Source: Escherichia coli (GTDB taxonomy: Bacteria; Pseudomonadota; Gammaproteobacteria; Enterobacterales; Enterobacteriaceae). Taken from it: a stretch of DNA of 64,000 bases. Shown one piece after another: positions 24,803 to 35,635 of this stretch. The stretch lies in the NCBI RefSeq assembly GCF_003991155.1, contig NZ_CP031293.1. One strand, 5' to 3'. The position numbers were made by a program, and so were the translations under genes. Position 1 is the first letter of the stretch. Every line of letters starts with the position of its first letter. The notes beneath the pieces are model-generated. The model was not told the origin of the DNA. It searched no databases and saw only the letters and a list, made by a program, of their open reading frames with translations.

Positions 24803-26140
24803 ATGAACACTTCACCGGTGCGAATGGATGATTTACCGCTTAACCGTTTTCACTGTCGAATTGCTGCGCTCACTTTCGGTGCACACCTGACCGACGGTTA
24901 TGTTCTCGGCGTCATTGGTTACGCCATTATTCAGCTTACGCCCGCCATGCAACTGACGCCGTTTATGGCGGGAATGATCGGCGGCTCGGCGTTACTTGGT
25001 TTGTTTCTTGGCAGCCTGGTTTTGGGGTGGATCTCCGACCATATCGGGCGGCAAAAAATCTTCACCTTCAGTTTTATGCTGATTACGCTCGCTTCGTTCT
25101 TGCAATTTTTTGCCACCACGCCAGAGCATCTTATTGGATTGCGCATTTTGATCGGCATTGGTCTGGGAGGCGATTACTCAGTCGGTCACACCTTGCTGGC
25201 TGAATTTTCCCCGCGCCGCCATCGCGGTATTTTGCTGGGCGCATTCAGTGTGGTGTGGACCGTAGGCTATGTGCTGGCAAGTATTGCCGGACATCACTTT
25301 ATTACCGAAAGCCCGGAGGCCTGGCGCTGGCTGCTGGCATCAGCAGCGTTACCAGCCTTGCTGATTACGCTGCTACGTTGGGGCACGCCGGAATCGCCAC
25401 GCTGGCTACTGCGCCAGGGGCGTTTTGCTGAAGCTCACGCTATCGTGCATCGCTACTTTGGTCCCCATGTTTTACTGGGCGATGAAGTGGCAACGGCGAC
25501 CCATAAACACATCAAAACCTTGTTCTCTTCGCGCTACTGGCGGCGCACAGCGTTTAACAGCGTCTTCTTTGTCTGCCTCGTAATCCCATGGTTTGTGATT
25601 TATACCTGGCTGCCAACTATCGCCCAGACTATTGGACTGGAAGATGCGCTGACTGCCAGCCTGATGCTTAATGCGTTGTTAATTGTTGGCGCGCTGCTGG
25701 GATTAGTTCTGACGCACCTGCTGGCACATCGCAAGTTTTTGCTGGGAAGTTTTTTGCTGCTGGCGGCAACGCTGGTAGTGATGGCCTGTTTGCCTTCCGG
25801 CAGTTCATTAACGCTGCTGCTTTTTGTTCTCTTCAGCACCACCATTTCGGCAGTCAGTAATCTGGTGGGCATTTTGCCTGCGGAAAGTTTTCCTACTGAC
25901 ATTCGCTCGCTGGGCGTCGGTTTTGCCACCGCCATGAGTCGGCTCGGCGCGGCGGTAAGCACTGGTCTGCTGCCGTGGATTCTGGCGCAGTGGGGGATGC
26001 CGGTCACTTTATTGCTTCTGGCGGCAGTGTTGTTGGTTGGTTTTGTTGTGACCTGGTTATGGGCGCCAGAAACCAAAGCTCTCCCGCTGGTGGCGGCGGG
26101 AAATGTAGGAGGTGCGAATGAACATTCTGTTAGCGTTTAA
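24803..26140 (+). CDS. ygcS: MFS transporter
   Basis: 445 aa from internal ATG (RBS GAAGGGG); multiple TM segments. Confidence 0.83.
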   Translation: MNTSPVRMDDLPLNRFHCRIAALTFGAHLTDGYVLGVIGYAIIQLTPAMQLTPFMAGMIGGSALLGLFLGSLVLGWISDHIGRQKIFTFSFMLITLASFLQFFATTPEHLIGLRILIGIGLGGDYSVGHTLLAEFSPRRHRGILLGAFSVVWTVGYVLASIAGHHFITESPEAWRWLLASAALPALLITLLRWGTPESPRWLLRQGRFAEAHAIVHRYFGPHVLLGDEVATATHKHIKTLFSSRYWRRTAFNSVFFVCLVIPWFVIYTWLPTIAQTIGLEDALTASLMLNALLIVGALLGLVLTHLLAHRKFLLGSFLLLAATLVVMACLPSGSSLTLLLFVLFSTTISAVSNLVGILPAESFPTDIRSLGVGFATAMSRLGAAVSTGLLPWILAQWGMPVTLLLLAAVLLVGFVVTWLWAPETKALPLVAAGNVGGANEHSVSV

Positions 26141-26897
26141 AGCCGAACCGGATGCCGGAATGCTGGCGGAAAAAGAGTGGCAGGCGGCGGCTCAGGGTAA
26201 TATTGGACCAGATGTTTCGCTACTGCGAAGTTTACTCGGTGCTGATGAACAGGCTGCCGCCGCGCTGCTGTTGGCGCAGAGAAAAAACGGTACGCCGATG
26301 TCTTTAACCGCGTTGAGCATGGGGGATGAACGGGCGTTGCACTGGCTGCGCTATCTCATGGCTCTTGGGTTTGAGGACGCTGTATTGCTGGAGACGGTGG
26401 CAGATCTGCGCTTTGCGCCGGAATTTGTCGCTCGCCATATTGCCGAATGGCAGCGTCAGAATCCGCTGGATCTGATAATTACCGGCTGCCAAAGCAGCGA
26501 AGGGCAGAATGGGCAAACGCCATTTTTGCTGGCGGAAATGCTGGGCTGGCCCTGCTTCACCCAGGTGGAGCGTTTTACTCTCGACGCGCCGTTTATCACC
26601 CTTGAACAGCGTACTGAACATGGGCTGCGCTGTTACCGGGTTCGCTTGCCTGCGGTGATTGCCGTGCGCCAGTGTGGTGAAGTGGCCTTGCCAGTACCGG
26701 GAATGCGCCAGCGAATGGCTGCGGGGAAAGCAGAAATTATCCGTAAAACTGTTGCTGTCGAATTGCCAGCGATGCAGTGTCTGCAACTGGCAAGAGCAGA
26801 GCAACGACGCGGAGCGACGCTGATTGATGGGCAAACGGTAGCAGAAAAAGCGCAAAAGCTATGGCAGGACTATTTACGCCAAAGGATGCAGCCATGA
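26118..26897 (+). CDS. ygcR: electron transfer flavoprotein beta-subunit-like protein
   Basis: about 259 aa; ETF-beta-like; RBS AGGAGG 6 nt upstream of ATG at 26118. Confidence 0.8.
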   Translation: MNILLAFKAEPDAGMLAEKEWQAAAQGNIGPDVSLLRSLLGADEQAAAALLLAQRKNGTPMSLTALSMGDERALHWLRYLMALGFEDAVLLETVADLRFAPEFVARHIAEWQRQNPLDLIITGCQSSEGQNGQTPFLLAEMLGWPCFTQVERFTLDAPFITLEQRTEHGLRCYRVRLPAVIAVRQCGEVALPVPGMRQRMAAGKAEIIRKTVAVELPAMQCLQLARAEQRRGATLIDGQTVAEKAQKLWQDYLRQRMQP

Positions 26898-27754
26898 ATA
26901 TCGCCATTGTGACAATAAATCAGGAGAATGCCGCAATAGCGAGCTGGCTGGCGGCACAGGATTTCAGCGGTTGTACCCTGGCGCACTGGCAGATTGAACC
27001 TCAGCCCGTAGTGGCGGAACAGGTGCTGGATGCGTTGGTGGAACAGTGGCAGCGAACGCCAGCGGACGTTGTTCTCTTTCCGCCGGGAACGTTTGGTGAT
27101 GAACTGTCGACACGGCTGGCCTGGCGTTTACATGGTGCAAGCATCTGCCAGGTGACTTCATTAGATATTCCAACCGTAAACGTACGCAAATCCCACTGGG
27201 GAAATGCGCTAACGGCGACGCTGCAAACAGAAAAACGCCCGCTATGCCTTTCCCTTGCCCGCCAGGCGGGAGCAGTGAAAAACGCCACATTGCCCTCTGG
27301 TATGCAGCAACTGAACATTGTCCCCGGCGCGCTTCCCGACTGGCTGGTTAGCACAGAGGATCTGAAAAATGTTACCCGTGACCCATTAGCTGAGGCCAGA
27401 CGGGTGCTGGTGGTGGGGCAGGGCGGAGAGGCAGATAACCAGGAAATCGCTATGCTGGCAGAAAAGCTGGGAGCCGAAGTGGGCTACAGTCGGGCGCGAG
27501 TAATGAACGGTGGCGTTGATGCCGAAAAAGTGATTGGTATTTCCGGACATCTGCTGGCACCTGAGGTGTGTATTGTTGTTGGCGCTTCTGGCGCAGCAGC
27601 GTTAATGGCAGGCGTATGCAATAGCAAGTTTGTGGTGGCGATTAATCATGACGCCAGCGCAGCGATATTTTTACAGGCAGATGTTGGCGTGGTTGATGAC
27701 TGGAAAGCGGTGCTGGAGGCACTGGTGACAAACATTCACGCAGATTGCCAATAA
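26894..27754 (+). CDS. ygcQ: electron transfer flavoprotein alpha-subunit-like protein
   Basis: 286 aa; ETF-alpha C-terminal FAD-binding region; start overlaps ygcR stop. Confidence 0.8.
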   Translation: MNIAIVTINQENAAIASWLAAQDFSGCTLAHWQIEPQPVVAEQVLDALVEQWQRTPADVVLFPPGTFGDELSTRLAWRLHGASICQVTSLDIPTVNVRKSHWGNALTATLQTEKRPLCLSLARQAGAVKNATLPSGMQQLNIVPGALPDWLVSTEDLKNVTRDPLAEARRVLVVGQGGEADNQEIAMLAEKLGAEVGYSRARVMNGGVDAEKVIGISGHLLAPEVCIVVGASGAAALMAGVCNSKFVVAINHDASAAIFLQADVGVVDDWKAVLEALVTNIHADCQ

Positions 27755-27756
27755 CG

Positions 27757-27867
27757 TGTTGCCGGATGATCCTGCCTACGGTTCTGGCCTGGGGACTTGT
27801 AAGCCTGATAAGACGCGTCAAGCGTCGCATCAGGCGCTGAATGTCGGATGTGGCGTGCAGCCTACAA
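27757..27867. repeat. REP/BIME repetitive extragenic palindromes
   Basis: GCCGGATG...CCTAC and GCCTGATAAGACGCG...GCGTCGCATCAGGC motifs between convergent ygcQ and ygcP. Confidence 0.75.
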
Positions 27868-27900
27868 ATCACACAAATTCAATTCGTTACGAATATCCCG

Positions 27901-28476
27901 TCAAAGCAATTTTTTCGCTAATGTCCAGACCCCGGTATTCGTGGTGGAAAGCGCCACGACACCTGCGTTAATCGCATTACGCGCATCTTCTTCATCGCAC
28001 ACCAGCCCGCCAGCAATCAGCGGTTGGCGGATTTTCTCCGTCACCCAGCCCAGCACTTTGGGCATACAGCCAGGCAGGATCTCAATACAATCCGGATTCG
28101 ATTGCGCAACTTGCTTATCAATGTTGTGAAACGAAATCGAATCAACAATAAACAGGCGATGAATACAGAAAAAACCTTCCGCTCTTGCTGCTTTCAGCAT
28201 CGATGCTTTCGTGCTGATAATGCCGTCCGCCTCGGTCACCAGTTTCAGAAACTGAATCACCACTTCTTTGTTCGATGCGCCTTCCAGCAAATCGACATGA
28301 ATAAATGCATATTTCCCGGCACTTTTAATCTTTTTGACGATATGACTGATGGTGCAGATATTGCCGTACAACACGGAAATAAACTGGCATTCAGAGTCGA
28401 TTGCCAGTTGCAGGCTGGCATTATCTTTAACGGCAGCAATCACCGGATTCTGGCGGAGCAGGTGTAAGAGGGGCAT
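27901..28476 (-). CDS. ygcP: GlpP-family (glycerol-3-phosphate-responsive type) RNA-binding antiterminator
   Basis: 191 aa with GlpP-like sequence. Confidence 0.8.
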   Translation of the reverse strand: MPLLHLLRQNPVIAAVKDNASLQLAIDSECQFISVLYGNICTISHIVKKIKSAGKYAFIHVDLLEGASNKEVVIQFLKLVTEADGIISTKASMLKAARAEGFFCIHRLFIVDSISFHNIDKQVAQSNPDCIEILPGCMPKVLGWVTEKIRQPLIAGGLVCDEEDARNAINAGVVALSTTNTGVWTLAKKLL

Positions 28477-28492
28477 AAATTATCCTTATTAT

Positions 28493-28753
28493 TTATCCAA
28501 AACGGTAGGTGATGCCGAATCCGGAAGGCGGATAGCGCCACTGTTGTAGTGTTGATTCGTCGCACAGCAAACGGCAGGTGCCACACTCCAGGCAGCCGCG
28601 ATAATCAACGCGTAAGTCACCTTCCGGTGTGAGCGAAAAAAGACCAGCCGGACAAGCGTTAATCAACCGTTGTACCGTCTGGCGCTCAACGGAGTCAGCC
28701 GGAACAATGTGCGGCGCATCGGCAACGCGCCAGAGATTACGGGCTACAGACAT
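28493..28753 (-). CDS. ygcO: ferredoxin-like protein (FixX-like)
   Basis: 86 aa from internal ATG; Cys-rich CPAGLF...CLECGTCRLLC. Confidence 0.8.
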   Translation of the reverse strand: MSVARNLWRVADAPHIVPADSVERQTVQRLINACPAGLFSLTPEGDLRVDYRGCLECGTCRLLCDESTLQQWRYPPSGFGITYRFG

Positions 28754-30015
28754 CGCAGACTCCTGATAACATCGCCCGCCAGATGCCACAGGCCGTGACG
28801 ACGTAAATGACGCCAGAATAACTGGCGCAGCGGTGGAACAGGTTTATCACCCTGATCCCATAAATCGCGGGAAATATCCTGCATTAACGCAGGCCACGCC
28901 CGATACCAGCCAGGGCGTTGCAAAAGCGCCGGAACATGCTGATAACGTTGTAGAACATCCCATAGCAGGCTGCGCTCTACGTTGTGATGATAAAGCGCAA
29001 ACAGATTTTGCGGCTCGCGGTGCTGGCAGGCGCTTATCAGCGTTTGTGCCGCCGCCTGCGCGCCAGTTAGCGCCATATCCATGCCGCGCACGGAAATTCC
29101 GGTATTGACGCAACTGCGCAACGCATCGCCCAGCAGCAGCCAGCCGTTACCGGCGTATTGCACCGGCATACTGTGCAAGCCACCTTCTGGCACCAGATGC
29201 GCACCATACTCCAGTGATTCTGTGTTTTTGATAAGCGGGCGCACTGCCGGATGCGTTTTAAAGCGAGCCAGCAGCTCGCTTGCCGGAACACGACTTTGCG
29301 TAAGGGAAGAGAGCGGGCAAACAATCCCTAACGAGAGCGTTTGTTGATTAGTATAAAGAAATGCGCCGCCGGGTAAGTCATCACAGATCCCGCCGCTGAA
29401 CAGCAACGCTGCGCCTTCGTTATTCTCCAGATGAAAACGTTCTTCAATAGCGGATGTTTCCAGCGACAGCACTTCTTTGATCCCCAACGCCATCGCTTCG
29501 CCAGCAGGACGAGTCACTAACCCGTGACGCTCAGCCAGGACGCTGTTGGCACCTTCTGCCAGCACCACATAACGGGCGCGGAGAATATCGTCACCACAAA
29601 TGACACCACACACCCTGCCGTTTTCTTCATACAGCGCATCCACCGTCGCACCGGGGATGCATTCGACACCTTCTTTTTCGGCTTCGGCAACCAGCCACGG
29701 ATCGAACCGTGCACGTAATACACTCCAGGATTCACCGCCGGGCTGTAAGCTGGAAAACGTCGTTGCGCCATCCGGCGTTAACAGGGAAAGGCTTTCGTGA
29801 GTGATGCGTCGTTCAAGAGGCGCGGTCAGATGAAATTGTGGGAGGAGTTCCGCGAGCGCCTGGGTATATAAACGCCCGCCGGAAAGGTTTTTACTGCCGG
29901 GGATTTCAGCGCGTTCCAGTAACAAAACGGATAAACCCGCTCGCGCGCAGCGTAACGCGCAAGCGGTGCCTGCAATACCGGCACCAATAATAATAATGTC
30001 GCAGTCGTCTTCCAT
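28744..30015 (-). CDS. ygcN: FAD-dependent oxidoreductase (FixC / ETF-quinone oxidoreductase-like)
   Basis: 423 aa from internal ATG; N-terminal GAGIAG dinucleotide-binding motif. Confidence 0.83.
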   Translation of the reverse strand: MEDDCDIIIIGAGIAGTACALRCARAGLSVLLLERAEIPGSKNLSGGRLYTQALAELLPQFHLTAPLERRITHESLSLLTPDGATTFSSLQPGGESWSVLRARFDPWLVAEAEKEGVECIPGATVDALYEENGRVCGVICGDDILRARYVVLAEGANSVLAERHGLVTRPAGEAMALGIKEVLSLETSAIEERFHLENNEGAALLFSGGICDDLPGGAFLYTNQQTLSLGIVCPLSSLTQSRVPASELLARFKTHPAVRPLIKNTESLEYGAHLVPEGGLHSMPVQYAGNGWLLLGDALRSCVNTGISVRGMDMALTGAQAAAQTLISACQHREPQNLFALYHHNVERSLLWDVLQRYQHVPALLQRPGWYRAWPALMQDISRDLWDQGDKPVPPLRQLFWRHLRRHGLWHLAGDVIRSLRCL

Positions 30016-30092
30016 GTCATGCCCCAGATATCCAGAACACAACACCCTAACATAGCGTTACTTAAGGGAAATTGACCGCCGACACACTCTTA

Positions 30093-30458
30093 TCATTCGC
30101 CGCGATAGATACAACCTGCGGTGCAGGTTTCTTTTACCATCACCGCACTTAACAGCGGCACAACGGGTTTAACCTGATCCCAAATCCATTTTGCTAAAAC
30201 TTCGCTGGTTGGGTTTTCCAGACCTGGAATATCATTGAGATAATGGTGATCGAGGCGCTCATAAGTTGGCTTAAACGCCGCTTTCAGTTCAGCGAAATCG
30301 ATAATCCAGCCCGTATGCGGATCGACTTCCCCGGTAATTTCCAGTCGCACCATAAAGGAATGCCCGTGCAGGCGACCACATTTATGTCCTTCCGGGACGT
30401 GTGGTAAGCGGTGAGCGGCTTCGAAGGTGAAATCTTTAAATAACGTGGTGGACATCAT
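30093..30458 (-). CDS. queD: 6-carboxy-5,6,7,8-tetrahydropterin synthase
   Basis: 121 aa from [10 protein letters not shown]; His/Cys zinc motif (CGRLHGHSF). Confidence 0.9.
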   Translation of the reverse strand: MMSTTLFKDFTFEAAHRLPHVPEGHKCGRLHGHSFMVRLEITGEVDPHTGWIIDFAELKAAFKPTYERLDHHYLNDIPGLENPTSEVLAKWIWDQVKPVVPLLSAVMVKETCTAGCIYRGE

Positions 30459-30773
30459 AATTTCTCTACAGGACGATAAAACCGCCGTAGAGTACCGGAA
30501 AGCCTGTTTTTTCGCATTATCTAAAACGACTTTGTTGCGCAAAATCGCTGATTTATCTTGATGATGGGAAATATTCATTTATTTTTCATTGGGTTGGTTA
30601 ATCTGTTTTGTTGTTAAAGACTATTGCTAAAACAGGTTAGTCGATTTGGTTATTAGTTATCGCTATCCCGTCTTTAATCCACACCGTTCGCCCCGTTAAC
30701 CTTACCTTCTCTTCTGTTTTATGGGCGCTGACAGGGCGCAGAAACAGCTTTGCTTACTGGAACATAACGACGC

Positions 30774-32573
30774 ATGACGACACAGGCCCCACCTTCCGCG
30801 TTGCTTCCGTTGAACCCGGAGCAACTGGCACGCCTTCAGGCGGCCACGACCGATTTAACTCCCACCCAGCTTGCCTGGGTTTCTGGCTATTTCTGGGGCG
30901 TGCTCAACCAGCAGCCTGCTGCGCTTGCAGCGACGCCAGCGCCCGCCGCAGAAATGCCGGGTATAACTATTATCTCCGCCTCGCAAACCGGCAATGCGCG
31001 CCGGGTTGCTGAAGCATTACGCGATGATTTATTGGCAGCAAAACTGAACGTTAAGCTGGTGAACGCGGGCGACTATAAATTCAAACAAATCGCCAGCGAA
31101 AAACTGCTTATCGTGGTGACGTCAACGCAAGGAGAAGGGGAACCGCCGGAAGAAGCCGTCGCGCTGCATAAGTTCCTGTTCTCCAAAAAAGCGCCGAAGC
31201 TGGAAAACACCGCATTTGCCGTGTTTAGCCTCGGCGATAGCTCTTATGAATTTTTCTGCCAGTCCGGGAAAGATTTTGACAGCAAGCTGGCGGAACTGGG
31301 CGGTGAACGCCTGCTCGACCGTGTCGATGCCGATGTTGAATATCAGGCCGCTGCCAGCGAGTGGCGCGCCCGCGTGGTTGATGCGCTTAAATCGCGTGCG
31401 CCTGTCGCGGCACCTTCGCAATCCGTCGCTACTGGCGCGGTAAATGAAATCCACACCAGCCCGTACAGCAAAGACGCGCCGCTGGTGGCGAGCCTCTCTG
31501 TTAACCAGAAAATTACCGGGCGTAACTCTGAAAAAGACGTTCGCCATATCGAAATTGACTTAGGTGACTCGGGCCTGCGTTACCAGCCGGGTGACGCGCT
31601 GGGTGTCTGGTATCAGAACGATCCGGCACTGGTGAAAGAACTTGTCGAACTGCTGTGGCTGAAAGGCGATGAACCTGTCACCGTCGAGGGCAAAACGTTG
31701 CCTCTGAACGAAGCGCTACAGTGGCACTTCGAACTGACCGTCAACACCGCCAACATTGTTGAGAACTATGCCACGCTTACCCGCAGCGAAACGCTGCTGC
31801 CGCTGGTGGGCGATAAAGCGAAGTTACAGCATTACGCCGCGACCACGCCGATTGTCGACATGGTGCGTTTCTCTCCGGCGCAACTGGATGCCGAAGCGCT
31901 GATTAATCTGCTGCGCCCGCTGACCCCGCGCCTGTATTCCATCGCCTCCTCGCAGGCGGAAGTCGAGAACGAAGTACACGTCACCGTTGGCGTGGTGCGT
32001 TACGACGTGGAAGGCCGCGCCCGTGCCGGTGGTGCCTCCAGCTTCCTCGCGGACCGCGTGGAAGAAGAGGGCGAAGTCCGCGTATTTATCGAACATAACG
32101 ACAACTTCCGCCTGCCAGCCAACCCAGAAACCCCGGTGATTATGATTGGCCCAGGCACCGGCATCGCGCCGTTCCGCGCCTTTATGCAGCAGCGCGCCGC
32201 TGACGAAGCGCCGGGTAAAAACTGGTTGTTCTTTGGCAACCCGCACTTTACGGAAGATTTCCTCTACCAGGTGGAGTGGCAGCGCTACGTCAAAGAGGGC
32301 GTGCTGACGCGTATCGATCTTGCCTGGTCGCGCGATCAAAAAGAAAAAATTTACGTACAAGACAAACTGCGCGAACAGGGCGCAGAGCTGTGGCGCTGGA
32401 TCAATGACGGTGCCCACATTTATGTCTGCGGCGACGCTAATCGCATGGCGAAAGACGTTGAGCAGGCACTTCTGGAAGTGATTGCCGAATTTGGTGGCAT
32501 GGACACCGAAGCGGCGGATGAATTTTTAAGTGAGCTGCGCGTAGAGCGCCGTTATCAGCGAGATGTCTACTAA
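30774..32573 (+). CDS. cysJ: sulfite reductase [NADPH] flavoprotein alpha component
   Basis: 599 aa; flavodoxin-like and FAD/NADPH-binding domains. Confidence 0.96.
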   Translation: MTTQAPPSALLPLNPEQLARLQAATTDLTPTQLAWVSGYFWGVLNQQPAALAATPAPAAEMPGITIISASQTGNARRVAEALRDDLLAAKLNVKLVNAGDYKFKQIASEKLLIVVTSTQGEGEPPEEAVALHKFLFSKKAPKLENTAFAVFSLGDSSYEFFCQSGKDFDSKLAELGGERLLDRVDADVEYQAAASEWRARVVDALKSRAPVAAPSQSVATGAVNEIHTSPYSKDAPLVASLSVNQKITGRNSEKDVRHIEIDLGDSGLRYQPGDALGVWYQNDPALVKELVELLWLKGDEPVTVEGKTLPLNEALQWHFELTVNTANIVENYATLTRSETLLPLVGDKAKLQHYAATTPIVDMVRFSPAQLDAEALINLLRPLTPRLYSIASSQAEVENEVHVTVGVVRYDVEGRARAGGASSFLADRVEEEGEVRVFIEHNDNFRLPANPETPVIMIGPGTGIAPFRAFMQQRAADEAPGKNWLFFGNPHFTEDFLYQVEWQRYVKEGVLTRIDLAWSRDQKEKIYVQDKLREQGAELWRWINDGAHIYVCGDANRMAKDVEQALLEVIAEFGGMDTEAADEFLSELRVERRYQRDVY

Positions 32574-34285
32574 TGAGCGAAAAACATCCAGGGCCTTTAG
32601 TGGTCGAAGGAAAACTGACAGACGCCGAGCGCATGAAGCTTGAAAGCAACTACCTGCGCGGCACCATTGCGGAAGATTTAAACGACGGCCTGACCGGCGG
32701 CTTTAAGGGCGATAACTTCCTGCTGATCCGCTTCCACGGCATGTATCAGCAGGATGACCGCGACATCCGCGCCGAACGTGCTGAACAGAAGCTGGAGCCG
32801 CGCCACGCGATGCTGTTGCGCTGCCGTCTGCCGGGTGGCGTGATCACCACCAAACAGTGGCAGGCGATAGACAAATTTGCCGGTGAAAACACCATCTATG
32901 GCAGCATTCGCCTGACCAACCGCCAGACGTTTCAGTTCCACGGCATTCTGAAAAAGAACGTCAAACCGGTGCACCAGATGCTGCACTCGGTCGGTCTTGA
33001 TGCGCTGGCGACCGCCAACGACATGAACCGTAACGTACTCTGCACCTCGAACCCTTACGAGTCGCAGCTGCACGCGGAAGCCTATGAATGGGCGAAGAAA
33101 ATTTCTGAACATCTGCTGCCTCGTACCCGCGCGTATGCGGAGATCTGGCTCGATCAGGAAAAAGTCGCCACTACTGATGAAGAGCCGATCCTTGGTCAGA
33201 CCTACCTGCCGCGTAAGTTCAAAACCACGGTAGTGATCCCGCCGCAGAACGATATCGATCTGCACGCCAACGACATGAACTTCGTGGCGATCGCCGAAAA
33301 CGGCAAGCTGGTGGGCTTTAACCTGCTGGTGGGCGGTGGGCTTTCCATCGAACATGGCAACAAGAAAACCTACGCCCGCACGGCGAGTGAGTTTGGCTAT
33401 CTGCCGCTGGAGCATACGCTGGCGGTGGCGGAAGCCGTCGTGACAACTCAGCGTGACTGGGGTAACCGAACCGATCGTAAAAATGCCAAAACCAAATACA
33501 CGCTGGAGCGCGTAGGGGTTGAGACGTTTAAAGCGGAAGTGGAGCGTCGCGCGGGGATCAAATTCGAGCCGATTCGCCCGTATGAGTTTACCGGACGTGG
33601 CGATCGTATTGGCTGGGTTAAGGGCATTGATGATAACTGGCACCTGACGCTGTTTATCGAAAATGGTCGCATCCTTGATTATCCGGGGCGTCCGCTGAAA
33701 ACCGGCTTGCTGGAGATCGCGAAGATCCACAAAGGTGATTTCCGCATTACGGCGAACCAGAATCTGATCATCGCCGGCGTGCCGGAAAGCGAGAAAGCGA
33801 AGATCGAGAAGATCGCCAAAGAAAGCGGGTTAATGAATGCCGTCACGCCGCAGCGTGAAAACTCAATGGCCTGCGTGTCATTCCCGACTTGCCCGCTGGC
33901 GATGGCCGAAGCCGAGCGTTTCCTGCCGTCTTTTATCGACAACATCGATAATTTAATGGCGAAACATGGTGTCAGCGATGAGCATATCGTGATGCGTGTA
34001 ACAGGCTGCCCGAACGGTTGTGGTCGCGCGATGCTGGCGGAAGTGGGCCTGGTGGGTAAAGCGCCGGGTCGCTACAACCTGCATCTTGGCGGCAACCGCA
34101 TTGGGACACGTATCCCACGGATGTATAAAGAAAACATCACCGAACCGGAAATCCTGGCGTCGCTTGATGAACTGATAGGGCGCTGGGCGAAAGAGCGCGA
34201 AGCGGGTGAAGGCTTCGGCGACTTTACGGTGCGTGCGGGCATCATTCGCCCGGTGCTCGATCCGGCGCGCGATTTGTGGGATTAA
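32573..34285 (+). CDS. cysI: sulfite reductase [NADPH] hemoprotein beta component
   Basis: 570 aa; sirohaem/4Fe-4S Cys motif (CPNGC). Confidence 0.96.
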   Translation: MSEKHPGPLVVEGKLTDAERMKLESNYLRGTIAEDLNDGLTGGFKGDNFLLIRFHGMYQQDDRDIRAERAEQKLEPRHAMLLRCRLPGGVITTKQWQAIDKFAGENTIYGSIRLTNRQTFQFHGILKKNVKPVHQMLHSVGLDALATANDMNRNVLCTSNPYESQLHAEAYEWAKKISEHLLPRTRAYAEIWLDQEKVATTDEEPILGQTYLPRKFKTTVVIPPQNDIDLHANDMNFVAIAENGKLVGFNLLVGGGLSIEHGNKKTYARTASEFGYLPLEHTLAVAEAVVTTQRDWGNRTDRKNAKTKYTLERVGVETFKAEVERRAGIKFEPIRPYEFTGRGDRIGWVKGIDDNWHLTLFIENGRILDYPGRPLKTGLLEIAKIHKGDFRITANQNLIIAGVPESEKAKIEKIAKESGLMNAVTPQRENSMACVSFPTCPLAMAEAERFLPSFIDNIDNLMAKHGVSDEHIVMRVTGCPNGCGRAMLAEVGLVGKAPGRYNLHLGGNRIGTRIPRMYKENITEPEILASLDELIGRWAKEREAGEGFGDFTVRAGIIRPVLDPARDLWD

Positions 34286-34298
34286 CCATCAGCCCGGT

Positions 34299-34338
34299 CT
34301 TGTAGGCCTGATAAGACGCGTGAGCGTCGCATCAGGCA
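34299..34338. repeat. REP element
   Basis: GTAGGCCTGATAAGACGCGTGAGCGTCGCATCAGGC between cysI and cysH. Confidence 0.8.
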
Positions 34339-34358
34339 AGGCAAACAGTGAGGAATCT

Positions 34359-35093
34359 ATGTCCAAACTCGATCTAAACGCCCTGAACGAACTGCCGAAG
34401 GTAGATCGCATTCTGGCGCTGGCGGAAACTAACGCCGAACTGGAAAAACTGGACGCTGAAGGCCGCGTTGCCTGGGCGCTGGATAATCTGCCTGGTGAAT
34501 ATGTACTTTCTTCCAGCTTTGGCATTCAGGCGGCGGTGAGCCTGCATCTGGTGAATCAGATTCGCCCGGATATTCCAGTGATCCTCACCGATACGGGTTA
34601 CTTGTTCCCGGAAACCTACCGCTTTATTGACGAGTTAACGGACAAACTCAAACTCAACCTGAAAGTGTACCGCGCTACCGAAAGCGCCGCCTGGCAGGAA
34701 GCACGTTACGGAAAACTATGGGAGCAGGGCGTTGAAGGCATTGAAAAGTACAATGACATCAACAAAGTCGAACCGATGAACCGGGCGCTGAAAGAACTAA
34801 ACGCGCAAACGTGGTTTGCTGGCCTGCGCCGTGAACAATCCGGCAGCCGCGCCAATTTACCGGTGCTGGCAATTCAGCGTGGCGTATTTAAAGTGCTGCC
34901 GATTATCGACTGGAATAACCGAACGATATATCAGTACCTGCAAAAACATGGCCTGAAATATCACCCATTATGGGACGAAGGATATTTATCGGTCGGTGAT
35001 ACCCATACAACCCGTAAATGGGAACCCGGCATGGCGGAAGAAGAAACGCGTTTCTTTGGCTTGAAAAGGGAATGTGGATTACACGAAGGGTAA
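34359..35093 (+). CDS. cysH: phosphoadenosine phosphosulfate reductase
   Basis: 244 aa from internal ATG with RBS GAGGAA; C-terminal ECGLH motif. Confidence 0.95.
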   Translation: MSKLDLNALNELPKVDRILALAETNAELEKLDAEGRVAWALDNLPGEYVLSSSFGIQAAVSLHLVNQIRPDIPVILTDTGYLFPETYRFIDELTDKLKLNLKVYRATESAAWQEARYGKLWEQGVEGIEKYNDINKVEPMNRALKELNAQTWFAGLRREQSGSRANLPVLAIQRGVFKVLPIIDWNNRTIYQYLQKHGLKYHPLWDEGYLSVGDTHTTRKWEPGMAEEETRFFGLKRECGLHEG

Positions 35094-35112
35094 ATATTGC
35101 TGCTTAAATTAA

Positions 35113-35150
35113 ACGCCTCTGTCTGAAAAGATGGGGGCGTTTTTATTTTG
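35113..35150 (+). terminator. probable cysH terminator
   Basis: AACGCC...GGCGTT stem followed by TTTTTATTTT. Confidence 0.5.
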
Positions 35151-35357
35151 CGAGCAGGATTCCTGATTTTAAACGTGAACGCCGCAGGAAGAATCAACAG
35201 GCATAGAATGGCGTTGGGTGCTTGAGGCTGTCTGGCGTTAAGCATTCGCGAGGTTCCAGATGGACAAAAGCCCCAGGCGATATTTCTATCAACCTGAGGC
35301 CAGCGTTCGAACCTAAGCAATTCGGATGTTAGTCTCTTCTTTGCAGGGAGGCAAGAC

Positions 35358-35510
35358 ATGCTGACAAAATATGCCCTTGTGGCAATCATCGTACTGTGTT
35401 GTACAGTACTGGGATTCACGTTGATGGTAGGCGACTCGTTGTGTGAGTTGAGTATCAGAGAACGTGGTATGGAGTTTAAGGCAGTTCTCGCTTACGAATC
35501 GAAGAAGTAG
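35358..35510 (+). CDS. hokX: Hok/Gef-family type I toxin (small membrane peptide), 50 aa
   Basis: [50 protein letters not shown]: N-terminal TM helix, conserved LCE and AYES motifs of Hok; RBS GGGAGG; not in ORF track (below size cutoff); symbol by position next to cysH, from memory. Confidence 0.8.
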   Translation: MLTKYALVAIIVLCCTVLGFTLMVGDSLCELSIRERGMEFKAVLAYESKK

Positions 35511-35515
35511 CCACC

Positions 35516-35580
35516 ACGCGGGGTAAAACCCCGCGTACTGAATTGTGATTGTTTGGCCTCCTGCACCCCTTTTTTATACT
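35516..35580 (+). promoter_or_regulatory. hok mRNA 3' fold-back element and terminator
   Basis: CGCGGGGTAAAACCCCGCG hairpin; GCCTCCTGC (35556-35564) near-complementary to the hok SD region GCAGGGAGGC (35343-35352); followed by T-run. Confidence 0.6.
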
Positions 35581-35635
35581 CTGTTTCTGGTGGCATTGAT
35601 TTCCTGCAGGCAAGGGAGTAATCATTTCAAACCCA

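Noticed and set aside
32678-33730. 350-aa minus-strand ORF inside cysI
   Set aside because: Antisense shadow ORF of cysI; no domain resemblance and no start context
35094-35635. Possible CRISPR array remnant adjacent to iap
   Set aside because: No repeated 28-29 bp units with spacers are visible; the palindrome CGCGGGGTAAAACCCCGCG occurs once and is better explained as the hok mRNA 3' hairpin
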